Notes: generated from the sequence alone by a model not told the origin. DNA of 64,000 nucleotides from an uncultured Spirochaetota bacterium (GCA_963820525.1 CAWGAA010000001.1:448001-512000), one strand, 5' to 3'. Shown: positions 43,601 to 53,341, numbered from the stretch's first letter. Numbers and translations: made by a program.

Positions 43601-45557
43601 TCAGGGAGGCCCCCCCGAAGGCATCGTACGCCCGGTAGTCCTTGTAAAAGAGGTATCCGCGGTTCCCCTGTGACAGCGCCGGTGCAGGCAATTCCCCCGT
43701 GACCGCGGGGGCAGCCGGGTAAGCGTTGTTCTCGGAGAGATCCACGAAAAGCGAGTTGCCCTCCATGCCGAAAAGCCGAAGGACGCCCGTTGTGTCGGGG
43801 TTTGTATAGGCGACGCCCCCCAGGACCGAGTACGACCAGTTCTCCCCCTCGCCCGAGATGCCGGCCTGGGCAAGTATCGTGCCGGATTTCGCATAGGGTT
43901 TCTGGGAGAAGGACCAGGGATCCGCGTTCCACCGGATGCCGGCCGCGAAGGAAAGCTTCATTGCGTCCGAAAAAGCGATGGTATCCCGCCACGCAAAGAG
44001 GATATCCCCGCCGGAGAGCCCCGCGGATGTCACGCGATAGCGGATCTCGATCCTGTCCGTGGAGCTGACATCGAAGAGGAAGGTCACCCGTCCCGCGGCC
44101 GGGTCTGCCTCGAAGCGGGTCTCCGTGATCCCGTTCACCGTCACCCTCACCGAACCGGGGACAATGTTCGGCTCCAGGTTGAACTCATTGGACGGCGTGA
44201 GGAGCTGGACATAGAGCTGGTAGCCTAAGTATCCCGACAGCGCGTCCCGGGGCTGCCCATAGATGAAACCGTCGTTATCGGGAAAGGGATACATGTTGCG
44301 GAAGTCGTCACGGAAGGCGGAGTTGGCGAAGACCACGAACCTCTGCTGGTCGGGAAGGGACTGGAATTTCAGCGCTTGAGCCGCGGGTGGGATACCATCC
44401 GCCCTCTTTGCCTGGAGCTGGATGAAGATGCGGGAAGGATCCGCCGGCGGCACATCGGTGAAGGCATAGGATGAATCGATCTCGAAGGGCGAGGTGTCGC
44501 CCGGCTCCCAGAGCAGCAGGCAGTTCGTCGCCCCTATGGAAACCCTCCTTGCGGTAAAAGGCTGCCCATTGAAATATGTCGTCAAACCCGAGAAATCAAA
44601 ATCAGCCCCTGCCGGCGGAGGCGGCGGAGCAGCTACAACCCGGCGGGTGTTCAAAGAATCGAGGGGGGGAAGCGCCCCCCTGCCCAGGGTAGCGTCCCCG
44701 ATGGCCACTCCCCCTTTTTTGTAATAGACGAGCACCCTCCCCTTCATCGCTGTTTTCAGCGACACCAGGCCGCCCGCCGCGTCCAGGGACGCATCGTCGA
44801 GGGTGGCGATCCTGTAGATCTTGTTGTCCCCCCCCTTGATGGAACCCCTCTGGGTGTCTTCGATATACACCACGAGGCTCTGGGGATCCACGCCCGCGTC
44901 GGGCAGGAAGAAGAAGCGTCCCCGCACGTAGCCGTCCAGGGGGATCGTCTCCTCCAGGAGCTCATTGGGGCCGAGGAAGGTTTTCGTCTTCTCCTCGGCC
45001 GAATCCCAGCGCAGGAGAAGCTCGTGCGTGGACATTCCGGAGGCGAAAAGGGCGGATGCGCCGAGGGAGCTTGCGGGCTGATCCGGAATCTCCATGAAGC
45101 CGGAAGACGGGATGGCGATGCCCCCGTTTCCCAGGAGGATGCTTCGAATCACCTCGGAACGGTCTCCACGGTAGCCGAGGGTGAGAGTGTTTCGCGTGGA
45201 TCCCGGGGCGGTCGGATCCTGGAAGTAAGCCAGGTCAAGGAAGTATTTCTGCATCAACACCACCGAGGCCGTGAGATTGGGAGACTGGGCGAAGTGGAAC
45301 CCCGTATCCATCGTGGGGAAAGCGTCGAGCAGCTGGAGGGGAAGCCCGGGCACGAAAAGAAACCCCGTGGAGAAGGACAGGCTCCCATCCCATGAGCCGC
45401 CGAGGTTGAAATCCACGCCGGCATCGCCTATCTTGGTGGAAAAGATGGTCGTGGGGGCTTCGGGCTCGGGAACGACGACTTGTTGTGACGGGAGGAGCTT
45501 GACGGTGAACAGCGAGAACACGAGTATGCAGGGAGCAAGCCGAGCCGCGCGTGTCAC
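40634..45557 (-). CDS. Very large (~1640 aa) predicted outer-membrane protein with SprA-like motifs; C-terminal frameshift near 40706
   Basis: ORF 40665-45578, probable GTG start at 45557; a shifted frame supplies the barrel-type C-terminus AYRIAFELSLTAKLKF* ending at 40634. Confidence 0.65.
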
Positions 45558-45631
45558 GTGGAGGACAGTATTCACCAAAACCCCCGTTCATGTAAATGAT
45601 TACCACAACCGAAAATGAAAAAAACAAAGCT

Positions 45632-45919
45632 ATGGTCGTATCGATGATTCAGTTCCGGCTCGAGCTCGTCGGCATCGAGTCGATCAAGGACAAGCGCCGC
45701 ATCGTCTCGTCGCTCAAGGAGAAGCTGTACCAGAAGTTCCGGCTCTCCGTGGCGGAGGTCGACCTCCTGGACTCCCTGGACCGCGCTCAGATCGGGGCGG
45801 CCGTGGTGTCGAACTCGCGGCGGCACGGCGAGGCCGTTCTCAACAAGGCCCTCGCGTTCGTCGAGTCCGAGGTGCCGGGGCGAATCCTCGATATGGAGAT
45901 ATTTTCGGAAGTGTACTGA
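45632..45919 (+). CDS. DUF503 (YlxP-like) family protein
   Basis: SIKDKRRIVSSLKEKL..KF.LSVAEVD..D; 95 aa. Confidence 0.85.
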   Translation: MVVSMIQFRLELVGIESIKDKRRIVSSLKEKLYQKFRLSVAEVDLLDSLDRAQIGAAVVSNSRRHGEAVLNKALAFVESEVPGRILDMEIFSEVY

Positions 45920-45991
45920 GGGTTCGGCTCCCGGAGGCGTCCGGGAGGGCATGGGATGGGCGCCGGCTCTGCACGAGCCGCGCCGCAGTTT

Positions 45992-46690
45992 TCAGCGAGG
46001 GATCAGGAAGAGATCGGGAAGGGTGAGGATTCGGCTTGCCGACTCGTACTTCAAGTAGCCTTCCTGGGACACGAGCGAAACGGTGAAGTAATGCCGCAGA
46101 GGCTCGAAAGCCTCATCATCGACCGCCACCTCCAGCTCGAGTGACTTTGCCTGCCCGCTCGCTTTGGCCTTTTCCGGAACGGGCCAGAAGGAGAAGACGC
46201 CGGGGGTGCTCTCGGGGATCAGGCAGGGATTCGTCCAGCGGGAATCCGTCATGCGCATAACTTCGCCCTTCTCGGAAAGCAGGCGGACTTCTATTTTCCA
46301 CAGGGGCGCGAAGCTCGTGCTGTGGAAGAGCCTCCCGAGGATCTGCGGGAAATTGAAGAAGCATCCCTGCGGGGCCGCCTCCTCGATTTCCTCGGCTACC
46401 CTGTATCCATGGGGCCTGCGTGTTTCCGTGATCCGCTCGATCCCGCGATAGATGAGGGAGACGAGATCCGCTTCCCTCTGCAGCTTCTCCTGGTAGTCCA
46501 TTTCGCGGTGTGCAAGCCCCCGTCCGGAGGTCTGGTAGAGGGGCTGCACGCGATTGAGGGCGAAACAGGCGACATCCGTCCGGCAGTATTCGCAGGTACA
46601 GAACCGTTTCAGCTCCTTGGCCTGCTCCGCATCGAAGATTTCCTGGACCTTTGCCAGGACCTCTTCCTCGGCATAGTTGTGGACGGTCAT
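45992..46690 (-). CDS. ComFB-family protein with a C-terminal extension
   Basis: HNYAEEEV, CTCEYCRTDVACFALNRVQPLY, RPH. Confidence 0.85.
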   Translation of the reverse strand: MTVHNYAEEEVLAKVQEIFDAEQAKELKRFCTCEYCRTDVACFALNRVQPLYQTSGRGLAHREMDYQEKLQREADLVSLIYRGIERITETRRPHGYRVAEEIEEAAPQGCFFNFPQILGRLFHSTSFAPLWKIEVRLLSEKGEVMRMTDSRWTNPCLIPESTPGVFSFWPVPEKAKASGQAKSLELEVAVDDEAFEPLRHYFTVSLVSQEGYLKYESASRILTLPDLFLIPR

Positions 46691-47121
46691 TGGTCGGAGC
46701 TCTTGTTGATCTCAAGCAGGTCCATGAGAGACCAGATGCATTCGCGGAAATCCCTCATGGTGTCCCGCAGGGCGTAATAGTTGAGCCCCGAATAGTAGAG
46801 CTTGGCAAAGACCGAGAAGGTGATCTCGCTCGCCGACTGCTGGAGGCTGACGTAGCAGCCGAACTCGTAGGCGATCTTCAGCATCTCCTCGAGCTTTCCC
46901 CGCATGTACTGGGAGTAGCTGCTGGGGAAACTGAAGGCATGCGCCAGCTCCAGGAACTTGCTGCCGCGTTCTATTAGGATACCCGCCTGGAAGCCCTCGT
47001 CATCCTCGAAGGTGGCCGAGTAGGCGTTATGAGATCTCTCGTCCTCGATGACCCGGAAGCTGAGCTCCGAGAAAAGAACCGTGACGCGGCGTATCCGCTC
47101 TTCCATGAGCTGAGATTTCAT
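46687..47121 (-). CDS. Hypothetical protein (YbjN/T3SS-chaperone-like fold suspected)
   Basis: 144-aa ORF with GGAG RBS, coupled to the ComFB gene; the fold guess is weak. Confidence 0.6.
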   Translation of the reverse strand: MKSQLMEERIRRVTVLFSELSFRVIEDERSHNAYSATFEDDEGFQAGILIERGSKFLELAHAFSFPSSYSQYMRGKLEEMLKIAYEFGCYVSLQQSASEITFSVFAKLYYSGLNYYALRDTMRDFRECIWSLMDLLEINKSSDQ

Positions 47122-47137
47122 CCACTCTCCTCCACAG

Positions 47138-47887
47138 CTACCACCCCTCCTCAAGCCTGCGGGCGAGCTCCCTTGGCAGCCCCGCCTCAAGGATCTTGCG
47201 CTGGCTCTCGCGGATCGCGTAGGCCACCCGGATGGTTCGATAGATCCATCTCTCGGTGTCTAATATACCAAATGACGCCTGTGGATTACCATCTCTCGGC
47301 TGGCCTACTGAGCCGGGATTGATCAGGTACCTCGCCCCTTCTTCGAGCGAGACTTCTTCCTCCGGGGGCATCAGCACCACCTTCCCCCCGACGGAGTTCA
47401 TGCGCGCGATCAGCGGCGCATGGGTGTGCCCGTGAAAACAGACCCGGGCTCCGGGATGGTTTCGCTTGAGAAATCGAAAGCTTTCCCCGATTGAGGCGGA
47501 ATCCACCATGTAGCGATCCTCATCCATCGGAGTCCCGTGGCAGATGAGCACTCCCTCCACGGGCTCCTCGGGGCCTTCCGGAAGCTCGGCGATTCTCTCC
47601 AGGGTTTCCTCCGGGAGGCTTGCGCGCGTCCAGAGCAGGGCTTCCTTGGCGACGGAGTTGAACCATTCCAGGGAAAGCAGTCGAGATGCCGCCTTGTCAT
47701 GATTGCCCCGCACCGTAGCGGCTGCCCGTGAGAGAACCTCCTCGGCGCACGCGCCGGGATCCGCATTGTAGCCCACCAGGTCTCCGAGGCAGAGAATCTC
47801 GTCCACGGGAAGCTTCGCGACGGCATCCAGGACGGCGCTCAATGCTTCCAGATTGGCATGAATATCGCTGATGATGCAGAAAACCAT
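47138..47887 (-). CDS. Calcineurin-like metallophosphoesterase (YfcE/ApaH-like)
   Basis: ISDIHANLEAL, LGDLVGY, RGNHD, HGTP, GHTH, NPGSVGQPRDG. Confidence 0.9.
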   Translation of the reverse strand: MVFCIISDIHANLEALSAVLDAVAKLPVDEILCLGDLVGYNADPGACAEEVLSRAAATVRGNHDKAASRLLSLEWFNSVAKEALLWTRASLPEETLERIAELPEGPEEPVEGVLICHGTPMDEDRYMVDSASIGESFRFLKRNHPGARVCFHGHTHAPLIARMNSVGGKVVLMPPEEEVSLEEGARYLINPGSVGQPRDGNPQASFGILDTERWIYRTIRVAYAIRESQRKILEAGLPRELARRLEEGW

Positions 47888-47903
47888 TGCAGTGGAGCCG
47901 CAG

Positions 47904-48752
47904 CTACTCTACGACAGAACGGCCGTGTATGCAAGGTGGGGCCCCGAGCGCGGCCCCCCGGGGTTCCGTCGAGACCTCGGGGGCGCGCCGGGGCAGGTAA
48001 TCGGTGTTGATCCGCCACGCGGAGCCGTAGAGGTTCGGCACGGCGTGCCTGTCAACGCGCGAGGCCTGCTTGAGAAGCTCCGCCATGAGCTTCCTCTGGT
48101 TCTTCTCGGCGTTGGGACAGCGGCTGGGCACCGTCGGCAGGCCCACCCGCCGCGCGAGCTTTTCGATCTCCCCTTCCCTGACCTCGCACATGGGCCGGAT
48201 GATCGACATCCTGCCTCCGAAGAACTGCTGAACCGGCATCATCGTGGAAAACTCGCTTCGGAAGAGCAGATTGATCAGCATGGTCCTGGCGATGTCGTCC
48301 ATATGGTGTCCCAGAGCGATCTTCGAAGCGCCGATCTTCTCGGCCTCGTTGAAGAGGATTCTCTTCCTGTTGCGCGAGCAGTTGTAGCAGTTGAAGCCCT
48401 TGCGAAAGGAGGGCGGGTTGATGGAAGCCGGGATTCGCGCGAGGGGAATGCCGAGCGTTCGGTAGAATCCATCGATGACCCGCTTTTCCTCGTCGCTCAA
48501 GGGGTATTCCCGCCACTCGACCTGGACGGCGAAAAGCTCGTACTCGACGGGAACCCACTTCTTCCTCTCCACAAGCGCCAGGCTCAGCGCCAGGGAGTCC
48601 TTCCCCCCCGATACCCCGATGAGGATGCGATCAGCGGGCCTGATCATGTCGAACCGATTGATTCCCCTTCCTACCGAGCGGGCGAATCTGGTGAGGAGCC
48701 GGGCCGTTGTGAGGTCTGCGGCAAAGGGGCCGGGCTCGAAGCGCGCGCTCAT
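47904..48752 (-). CDS. ttcA: tRNA 2-thiocytidine synthase TtcA family protein
   Basis: PP-loop SGGKDS, CYNC, ALGHHMDD, IIRP. Confidence 0.85.
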   Translation of the reverse strand: MSARFEPGPFAADLTTARLLTRFARSVGRGINRFDMIRPADRILIGVSGGKDSLALSLALVERKKWVPVEYELFAVQVEWREYPLSDEEKRVIDGFYRTLGIPLARIPASINPPSFRKGFNCYNCSRNRKRILFNEAEKIGASKIALGHHMDDIARTMLINLLFRSEFSTMMPVQQFFGGRMSIIRPMCEVREGEIEKLARRVGLPTVPSRCPNAEKNQRKLMAELLKQASRVDRHAVPNLYGSAWRINTDYLPRRAPEVSTEPRGAALGAPPCIHGRSVVE

Positions 48753-50068
48753 GAGGGGGCGAATCTCCGGGCAAGGTCAATTGTGGAGAGAGCGGCGAGA
48801 AGCCTTTCGCTTCTGCGGCAGCACACCGAGACCAAGCGCAGGGAGCCGGGAAGGCCTTCCATCCCTCGGTCTGAGAACAAATGGGCCGTGCCCGCGCTCG
48901 AGAGGGACACCCGAGACGAACCCTCTTCCAGCACGGGGATGTCGATCTCGAAGGAAAGGCGCTCGGGGACGTCGATGATGATGCAGTCCGGCGTCACGTC
49001 CTCCCCCAGGATGCCTTGAGCTTCCCTGGCTATTTCCCCCTCCAGAGCCAGACGCGCCTCGATGTCCTCGAGCTTCCTGTGGATTTCCCAGTCGTCGCGG
49101 AAGGGGACGCTCAAGACCTGCTTGTACAGCTCGCGCCTTCGGACCTCCGCGATCAAACGGAAGCCGGGGAAGCGCTTCTCGGTGAACCCGGCGAAGAACT
49201 CCTCATCGTCGAGGCCGTAGAGGTCCTCCCGCCGGATCGCTCCGGCGGCCAGCCCCAGGGCAATGCCCTTCTTGATCATCGCCGTAGCGATCCTCACCGT
49301 CTTGTGCCAATAGACCGTCTTGTACATCAGGTACTTGGAGAACAGCACGTCTTCCAGGGCCGTGATGCCCTTGCGGCTGAGCGCGACGCCGGTCTGCGCG
49401 CTGGGGTACGCCTCCTCGAGGATGAAATCCACGTCCTGAATGCCGTAGGGAACGCCGCAGAAATATGCATCCCGGTTGAGATAGTCCAGCTTGTCCGGAT
49501 CCAGGACGCCGGAGAGGATTTTCCAATAGTAGGAGACGTTTTCGGCTCCCCGATACCCGCTTCGGGAGTTGACGATCGCGGCCACGGCCTCGGGCTCGAT
49601 GCGCAGGGCCGTGCGGATGACGCGGTCAAACCTATCCAGAATCACGTCGGCGGTGAGCGCCTCGTGCGCCTCGACGTGAAGGTCCTTCAGGGAGTGGGCG
49701 AAGGGATAGTGGCCCACGTCGTGCAGGAGGGCCGCGCAGAGAAAGGCCTTCACCCCCTCGAGGGTGATCTCCACTCCCTGCCCCGCCGCGGACCCGGCCG
49801 GCCATGAGTTTCTCCGCGACAGGGAGGCGATCATCCTTCGCGCCAGGTGGAAGACCCCCAGGCTGTGGCTGAGGCGCGTGTGGGTCGCTCCCGGGTATAC
49901 GAGATATGCCGGACCGAGCTGCTTGATCCGGCCGAGCTTCTGGAACGGCTCGAGCTCGATGATCTTCACGAGCTCCCGGGAGATGTAGATGTGCTTCCAC
50001 ACCGGGTCCCGGATCGGCTCTGAATAGTCGTTTTCGAGGTGGTCGAGGATGCGCTCCCTCTCTCCCAT
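48749..50068 (-). CDS. HD-domain phosphohydrolase (SAMHD1/YdhJ-like dNTPase family)
   Basis: IRDPVW, IKQLG..YLVYPGATHTRLSHSLG, LLHDVGH, DPDKLDYLNRD, VYWHK; start at 50068 chosen from minus-strand TTTACA-18-TACACT (alternative GTG 50125). Confidence 0.88.
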   Translation of the reverse strand: MGERERILDHLENDYSEPIRDPVWKHIYISRELVKIIELEPFQKLGRIKQLGPAYLVYPGATHTRLSHSLGVFHLARRMIASLSRRNSWPAGSAAGQGVEITLEGVKAFLCAALLHDVGHYPFAHSLKDLHVEAHEALTADVILDRFDRVIRTALRIEPEAVAAIVNSRSGYRGAENVSYYWKILSGVLDPDKLDYLNRDAYFCGVPYGIQDVDFILEEAYPSAQTGVALSRKGITALEDVLFSKYLMYKTVYWHKTVRIATAMIKKGIALGLAAGAIRREDLYGLDDEEFFAGFTEKRFPGFRLIAEVRRRELYKQVLSVPFRDDWEIHRKLEDIEARLALEGEIAREAQGILGEDVTPDCIIIDVPERLSFEIDIPVLEEGSSRVSLSSAGTAHLFSDRGMEGLPGSLRLVSVCCRRSERLLAALSTIDLARRFAPS

Positions 50069-50214
50069 TCCAGGCCAGAGTGTATTCCCCGCGTCCAGGG
50101 AGTGTAAAGCCGTCACCGCGGTCACGGGCCGCCCGAAGAGGAGCCTTGCGCGGCGAAGATCCCCTCCCGTGAAAGCATTTGACCATCCGGCTCGATTTCT
50201 GATACACCGGAAGA

Positions 50215-50961
50215 GTGAGAATGGCCCGGGCTTCGGTTCTCATAGCGCTCACGGCGGTTGCGCTTCTGGCATGCACGCGCTCCCCCAAGAGCGCGCCGAG
50301 CACCTCTACAGCGCAAACACCCGCTCCCGCGGTCGGCACGACCTCGCAGCCCGCCCCAGGCGGCGCCCCCCCGGCGCCGCAGATCGTCCCCGCCCGCCCG
50401 CCGAACCCCGCCGGGACGCAGCCGTCGGCACCTGCGGCGCCGTCTGCCGCGCCCGCCTCGGGTCAGGCTCTGCCGGTCAGGACGGATACGTCGATCCAGT
50501 CCCTCCTCACCCTCAATCGAGAGAGGGTCGTCCTTGCAGAAGACTTCTCCATCGGCCTGCTCGCCGGGCCGAAGGATCTCGAGGGGGAGGAGAGGGCCGC
50601 AATGACGACCGCGGTCTCCTTCCTCGGCTCACTTTCGCAGGGGAAGATCGCCAAGGATCTGATCGCCTCGCAGTCCGTCTCCGGCCTTCGCGATTCGCTT
50701 TCCTACTCCATCGAAAAGGGGGACGTGCCCACCTCGTTTCGTATAGGAAAGCCCAAGGAGCACGAGGGGGTGGAGATCGCCTTCAATGTCCGCCTGTTCC
50801 GCCAGGAGGGCTCGGCGGAGGGCGAAATCTATCTCGCCTCCCAGAAAGGGTCATGGCTCGTTTCCGATTTCCAGATCAGCCTCGCCCAGCTGGAGGAGAA
50901 GCGGGTGAAGCCTGAGGAGAAGTTCTTCCCCAACTCATACCGGTGGCTGTTGGGAGAATAG
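50215..50961 (+). CDS. Hypothetical lipoprotein with a Pro/Ala-rich linker
   Basis: Lipobox LLAC, low-complexity linker, globular C-terminal domain. Confidence 0.7.
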   Translation: MRMARASVLIALTAVALLACTRSPKSAPSTSTAQTPAPAVGTTSQPAPGGAPPAPQIVPARPPNPAGTQPSAPAAPSAAPASGQALPVRTDTSIQSLLTLNRERVVLAEDFSIGLLAGPKDLEGEERAAMTTAVSFLGSLSQGKIAKDLIASQSVSGLRDSLSYSIEKGDVPTSFRIGKPKEHEGVEIAFNVRLFRQEGSAEGEIYLASQKGSWLVSDFQISLAQLEEKRVKPEEKFFPNSYRWLLGE

Positions 50962-50964
50962 AGA

Positions 50965-52221
50965 ATGGGAACCCAAGTCGGCAGAATCGAGAAAGAGTTC
51001 GTTTTCAAGGCCCTGGCGGACGAGGGGATCGCCTGCGAGGTGCACGGCCACGGAAAGGAGATCCGCTGCCGTTTCGACTCGGCGGACGATAGCGAGATCC
51101 GCTTCATTGCCCTGGAGGGCGGGCTGCAGGACCTCGAGCCCGGCGACGAGATCCGCGTCTTTTTCTACCTCAAGAACAACTACCATACCTTCAGCAGCAA
51201 GGTATCCTCGGTCGAAGGGGATACGCTGGTAGCCGGGCAGCCGAAGGGCGTCTACAAGAACCTCCAGCGCAAGTACGAAAGGATCAAGGTCCCTCAGGAC
51301 ATCGAGGTCTCGTTCAGCCTGAAGGGAAGGAAGATCGAGCTGAACTTCCCCAAGTCGGAGCGCTATGCCAGCGTGGAGCCGCCGGAGTTGTCCGAGACCT
51401 TCGACCCGCGGCGCATCCACGAGCTGATAAAGGACTTTCGCGCCAAGGTGGGCCCGTCGGTCTCCACGAACTCGATCACGATGCTTCGCGACCGTCTCCC
51501 GCGCTCCTGGGAGGAGAAGCTCGTCGCCCGGATGGGGAAGTGCCTCTGGATCCCTTCCACCGAGGATGACTTCCCCTCCAAGGAGCTGTATCCCGAGGAG
51601 CGGGTTATCACCAAACCCGAGCTCGCCAGTCTGGAGGAGGAAGCCGGCGTACAGCCCCACGTTGTGGCGAGCAAGCTCGGCAACATCCTTTATGAAAAGG
51701 CGAAAAAGGGAATCTTCTCCGAGCTGTACTGCCCCATTCTCTACAACGAGTACGTGGTGGGATACATCTACCTCGCAAACACCACGGAGAAGAGGGATCG
51801 GATCACCCGTGAGCTCTTCGAGTACGTCTGGGAGTACTCCAAGGTGCTCTGCTACTCTCTGGTGGAGAACGGGTATTTCAAGGCGGAAAGCGCCGGAGAG
51901 AAGAGGTACGAAGCGCCCATCGTGGACATGAGCGCCTCGGGGCTTCTCTTCGCCCACCCCTCCGGCGATCTGGCCCGGGAGCTGCACATCCACGCGGACC
52001 TGGAGCTCACCATCCGCATCGAGAGGAGGGTGATCTCGGTGGTGGCCCGCATAATGCGAAAGTTCAAGGACGCGGAGAATGCCTATTTCGGGGTGCTCTT
52101 CATGAAGATGGAGCCGGAGGACTTCCGCTTCCTCTTCGAGTTCCTCTACGGAAAGCCCTTCCAGTCCAAGTATGAGATGAGCTGGGAGGGCGGTGCGCCT
52201 CCGCCTCCGGTGGAGCTGTAG
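50965..52221 (+). CDS. PilZ-domain protein (DUF1577-like)
   Basis: QRKYERI (RxxxR) and VDMSASGL (DxSxxG) with a PilZ-like C-terminal barrel. Confidence 0.75.
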   Translation: MGTQVGRIEKEFVFKALADEGIACEVHGHGKEIRCRFDSADDSEIRFIALEGGLQDLEPGDEIRVFFYLKNNYHTFSSKVSSVEGDTLVAGQPKGVYKNLQRKYERIKVPQDIEVSFSLKGRKIELNFPKSERYASVEPPELSETFDPRRIHELIKDFRAKVGPSVSTNSITMLRDRLPRSWEEKLVARMGKCLWIPSTEDDFPSKELYPEERVITKPELASLEEEAGVQPHVVASKLGNILYEKAKKGIFSELYCPILYNEYVVGYIYLANTTEKRDRITRELFEYVWEYSKVLCYSLVENGYFKAESAGEKRYEAPIVDMSASGLLFAHPSGDLARELHIHADLELTIRIERRVISVVARIMRKFKDAENAYFGVLFMKMEPEDFRFLFEFLYGKPFQSKYEMSWEGGAPPPPVEL

Positions 52222-52239
52222 GGCGCGAGATCCCCTCCT

Positions 52240-52989
52240 CTATTTGGTTGCCAGGAGGATCAAGCGGTGCGCATCGGCGTCATATGGCCTGCCCGACAGG
52301 TCTCCGTAGGCCGCAGCCTGCGAGAACCCGTTGGCCTTGAGAAGCTCGGTCAGCTCCGAAGCCGAGTACAGCCGGTGGGAGAGGGTGATTTCGTTTCGCT
52401 TCTCGCCGCTTATCACGATCCATCGGTTTCGAATCCAGGACCAGTCTTTCTCTATGTTTCTCTCTTCCAGCACGATGTATCCGTTTCCTTCGTGCCAGTC
52501 CCTCTTCTGGTACGCCCGGGCGATGGCCTCCTTGCCCACGGTATCCAGCAGAAAGCGGCCGCCCGGGCGTAGAGACTCACTCACGTTGGCGACCACGGTG
52601 ATGTCGTCCGCCTTCTCCTCGAAATAGCCGAATGATGAGAAGCAGTTGATGACGAGGTCGAATGAATCCGGCCTTCGAAACGCGCGCATATCCTCGCAGA
52701 GAAACTCGATGGCGAGGCCCTGCTCTTTTGCCAGACGGTTCGCCATGTCGATGTATTTCTGCGTGATGTCCACCGCGGTGACCGCGAACCCCAGCCGGGC
52801 AAGCTCGAGGCAATGCCTGCCGATGCCGCAGCACAGGTCGAGGATTCTGGAGCCCGGGGCCGGCTTGGTGAGCTCGAGGATCATCCGCGTCTCTGCAACC
52901 GCGTCGACGAGTCTGCTTCTCTGAAAGAGGATGGGCTGCGCCGTTTCCCACAGCGAGGCGTCTTCGAACCATTCTTTCTTCTGCGACAT
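52240..52989 (-). CDS. Class I SAM-dependent methyltransferase
   Basis: ILDLCCGIGRH, DMR, FSSFGYF, LRPGG. Confidence 0.9.
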   Translation of the reverse strand: MSQKKEWFEDASLWETAQPILFQRSRLVDAVAETRMILELTKPAPGSRILDLCCGIGRHCLELARLGFAVTAVDITQKYIDMANRLAKEQGLAIEFLCEDMRAFRRPDSFDLVINCFSSFGYFEEKADDITVVANVSESLRPGGRFLLDTVGKEAIARAYQKRDWHEGNGYIVLEERNIEKDWSWIRNRWIVISGEKRNEITLSHRLYSASELTELLKANGFSQAAAYGDLSGRPYDADAHRLILLATK

Positions 52990-53135
52990 ACTTTCTCTCC
53001 ATCCCCTTTATACACCCCTGCACCGATCCCCGCAAGGCCATTCTAGTCACAGAACAGCCGTTAGGCGGTGGAGAGGAGAACGCGATGACGGAGATGGGCG
53101 GCTTCCCTCGCGGAAGCCGAAGGGAGCATACTCTG

Positions 53136-53209
53136 TCGGGCTGGGCGGATTTGAACCGCCGGCCTTTCGGTCCCGAACCGAACGCGCTGAGCCACTGCGC
53201 TACAGCCCG
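53136..53209 (-). tRNA. tRNA-Pro (anticodon CGG)
   Basis: Cloverleaf CGGGCTG...CAGCCCG-A, anticodon arm TTCGG-TTCGGGA-CCGAA, GGTTCAAATCC T-arm; CCA not encoded. Confidence 0.93.
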
Positions 53210-53224
53210 AATTGAAAAAAAAGA

Positions 53225-53298
53225 CGGGAGCGACGGGACTTGAACCCGCGGCCTCCGGCTTGACAGGCCAGCGCGATAACCAGCTTCGCCACGCCCCC
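53225..53298 (-). tRNA. tRNA-Asp (anticodon GTC)
   Basis: GGGGGCG...CGCTCCC-G acceptor, anticodon loop CTGTCAA, GGTTCAAGTCC T-arm. Confidence 0.93.
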
Positions 53299-53312
53299 GT
53301 GTTGACATGCAA

Positions 53313-53341
53313 AATGTAGCAGTCGGCCATCAAAGTGTCAA
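53313..53341 (-). promoter_or_regulatory. Promoter of the tRNA-Asp/tRNA-Pro pair
   Basis: Minus-strand TTGACA-17 nt-TACATT; back-to-back with a plus-strand TTGACA(53364)-17-TAATTT promoter. Confidence 0.65.

Noticed and set aside
47138..50068. HD dNTPase + phosphoesterase as an anti-phage defence system
   Set aside because: Embedded with ttcA in a housekeeping-like operon with typical composition; no defence or mobility genes nearby.
53136..53298. tRNA genes as a possible integration site for an island
   Set aside because: No integrase and no duplicated tRNA 3' end noticed in the window.
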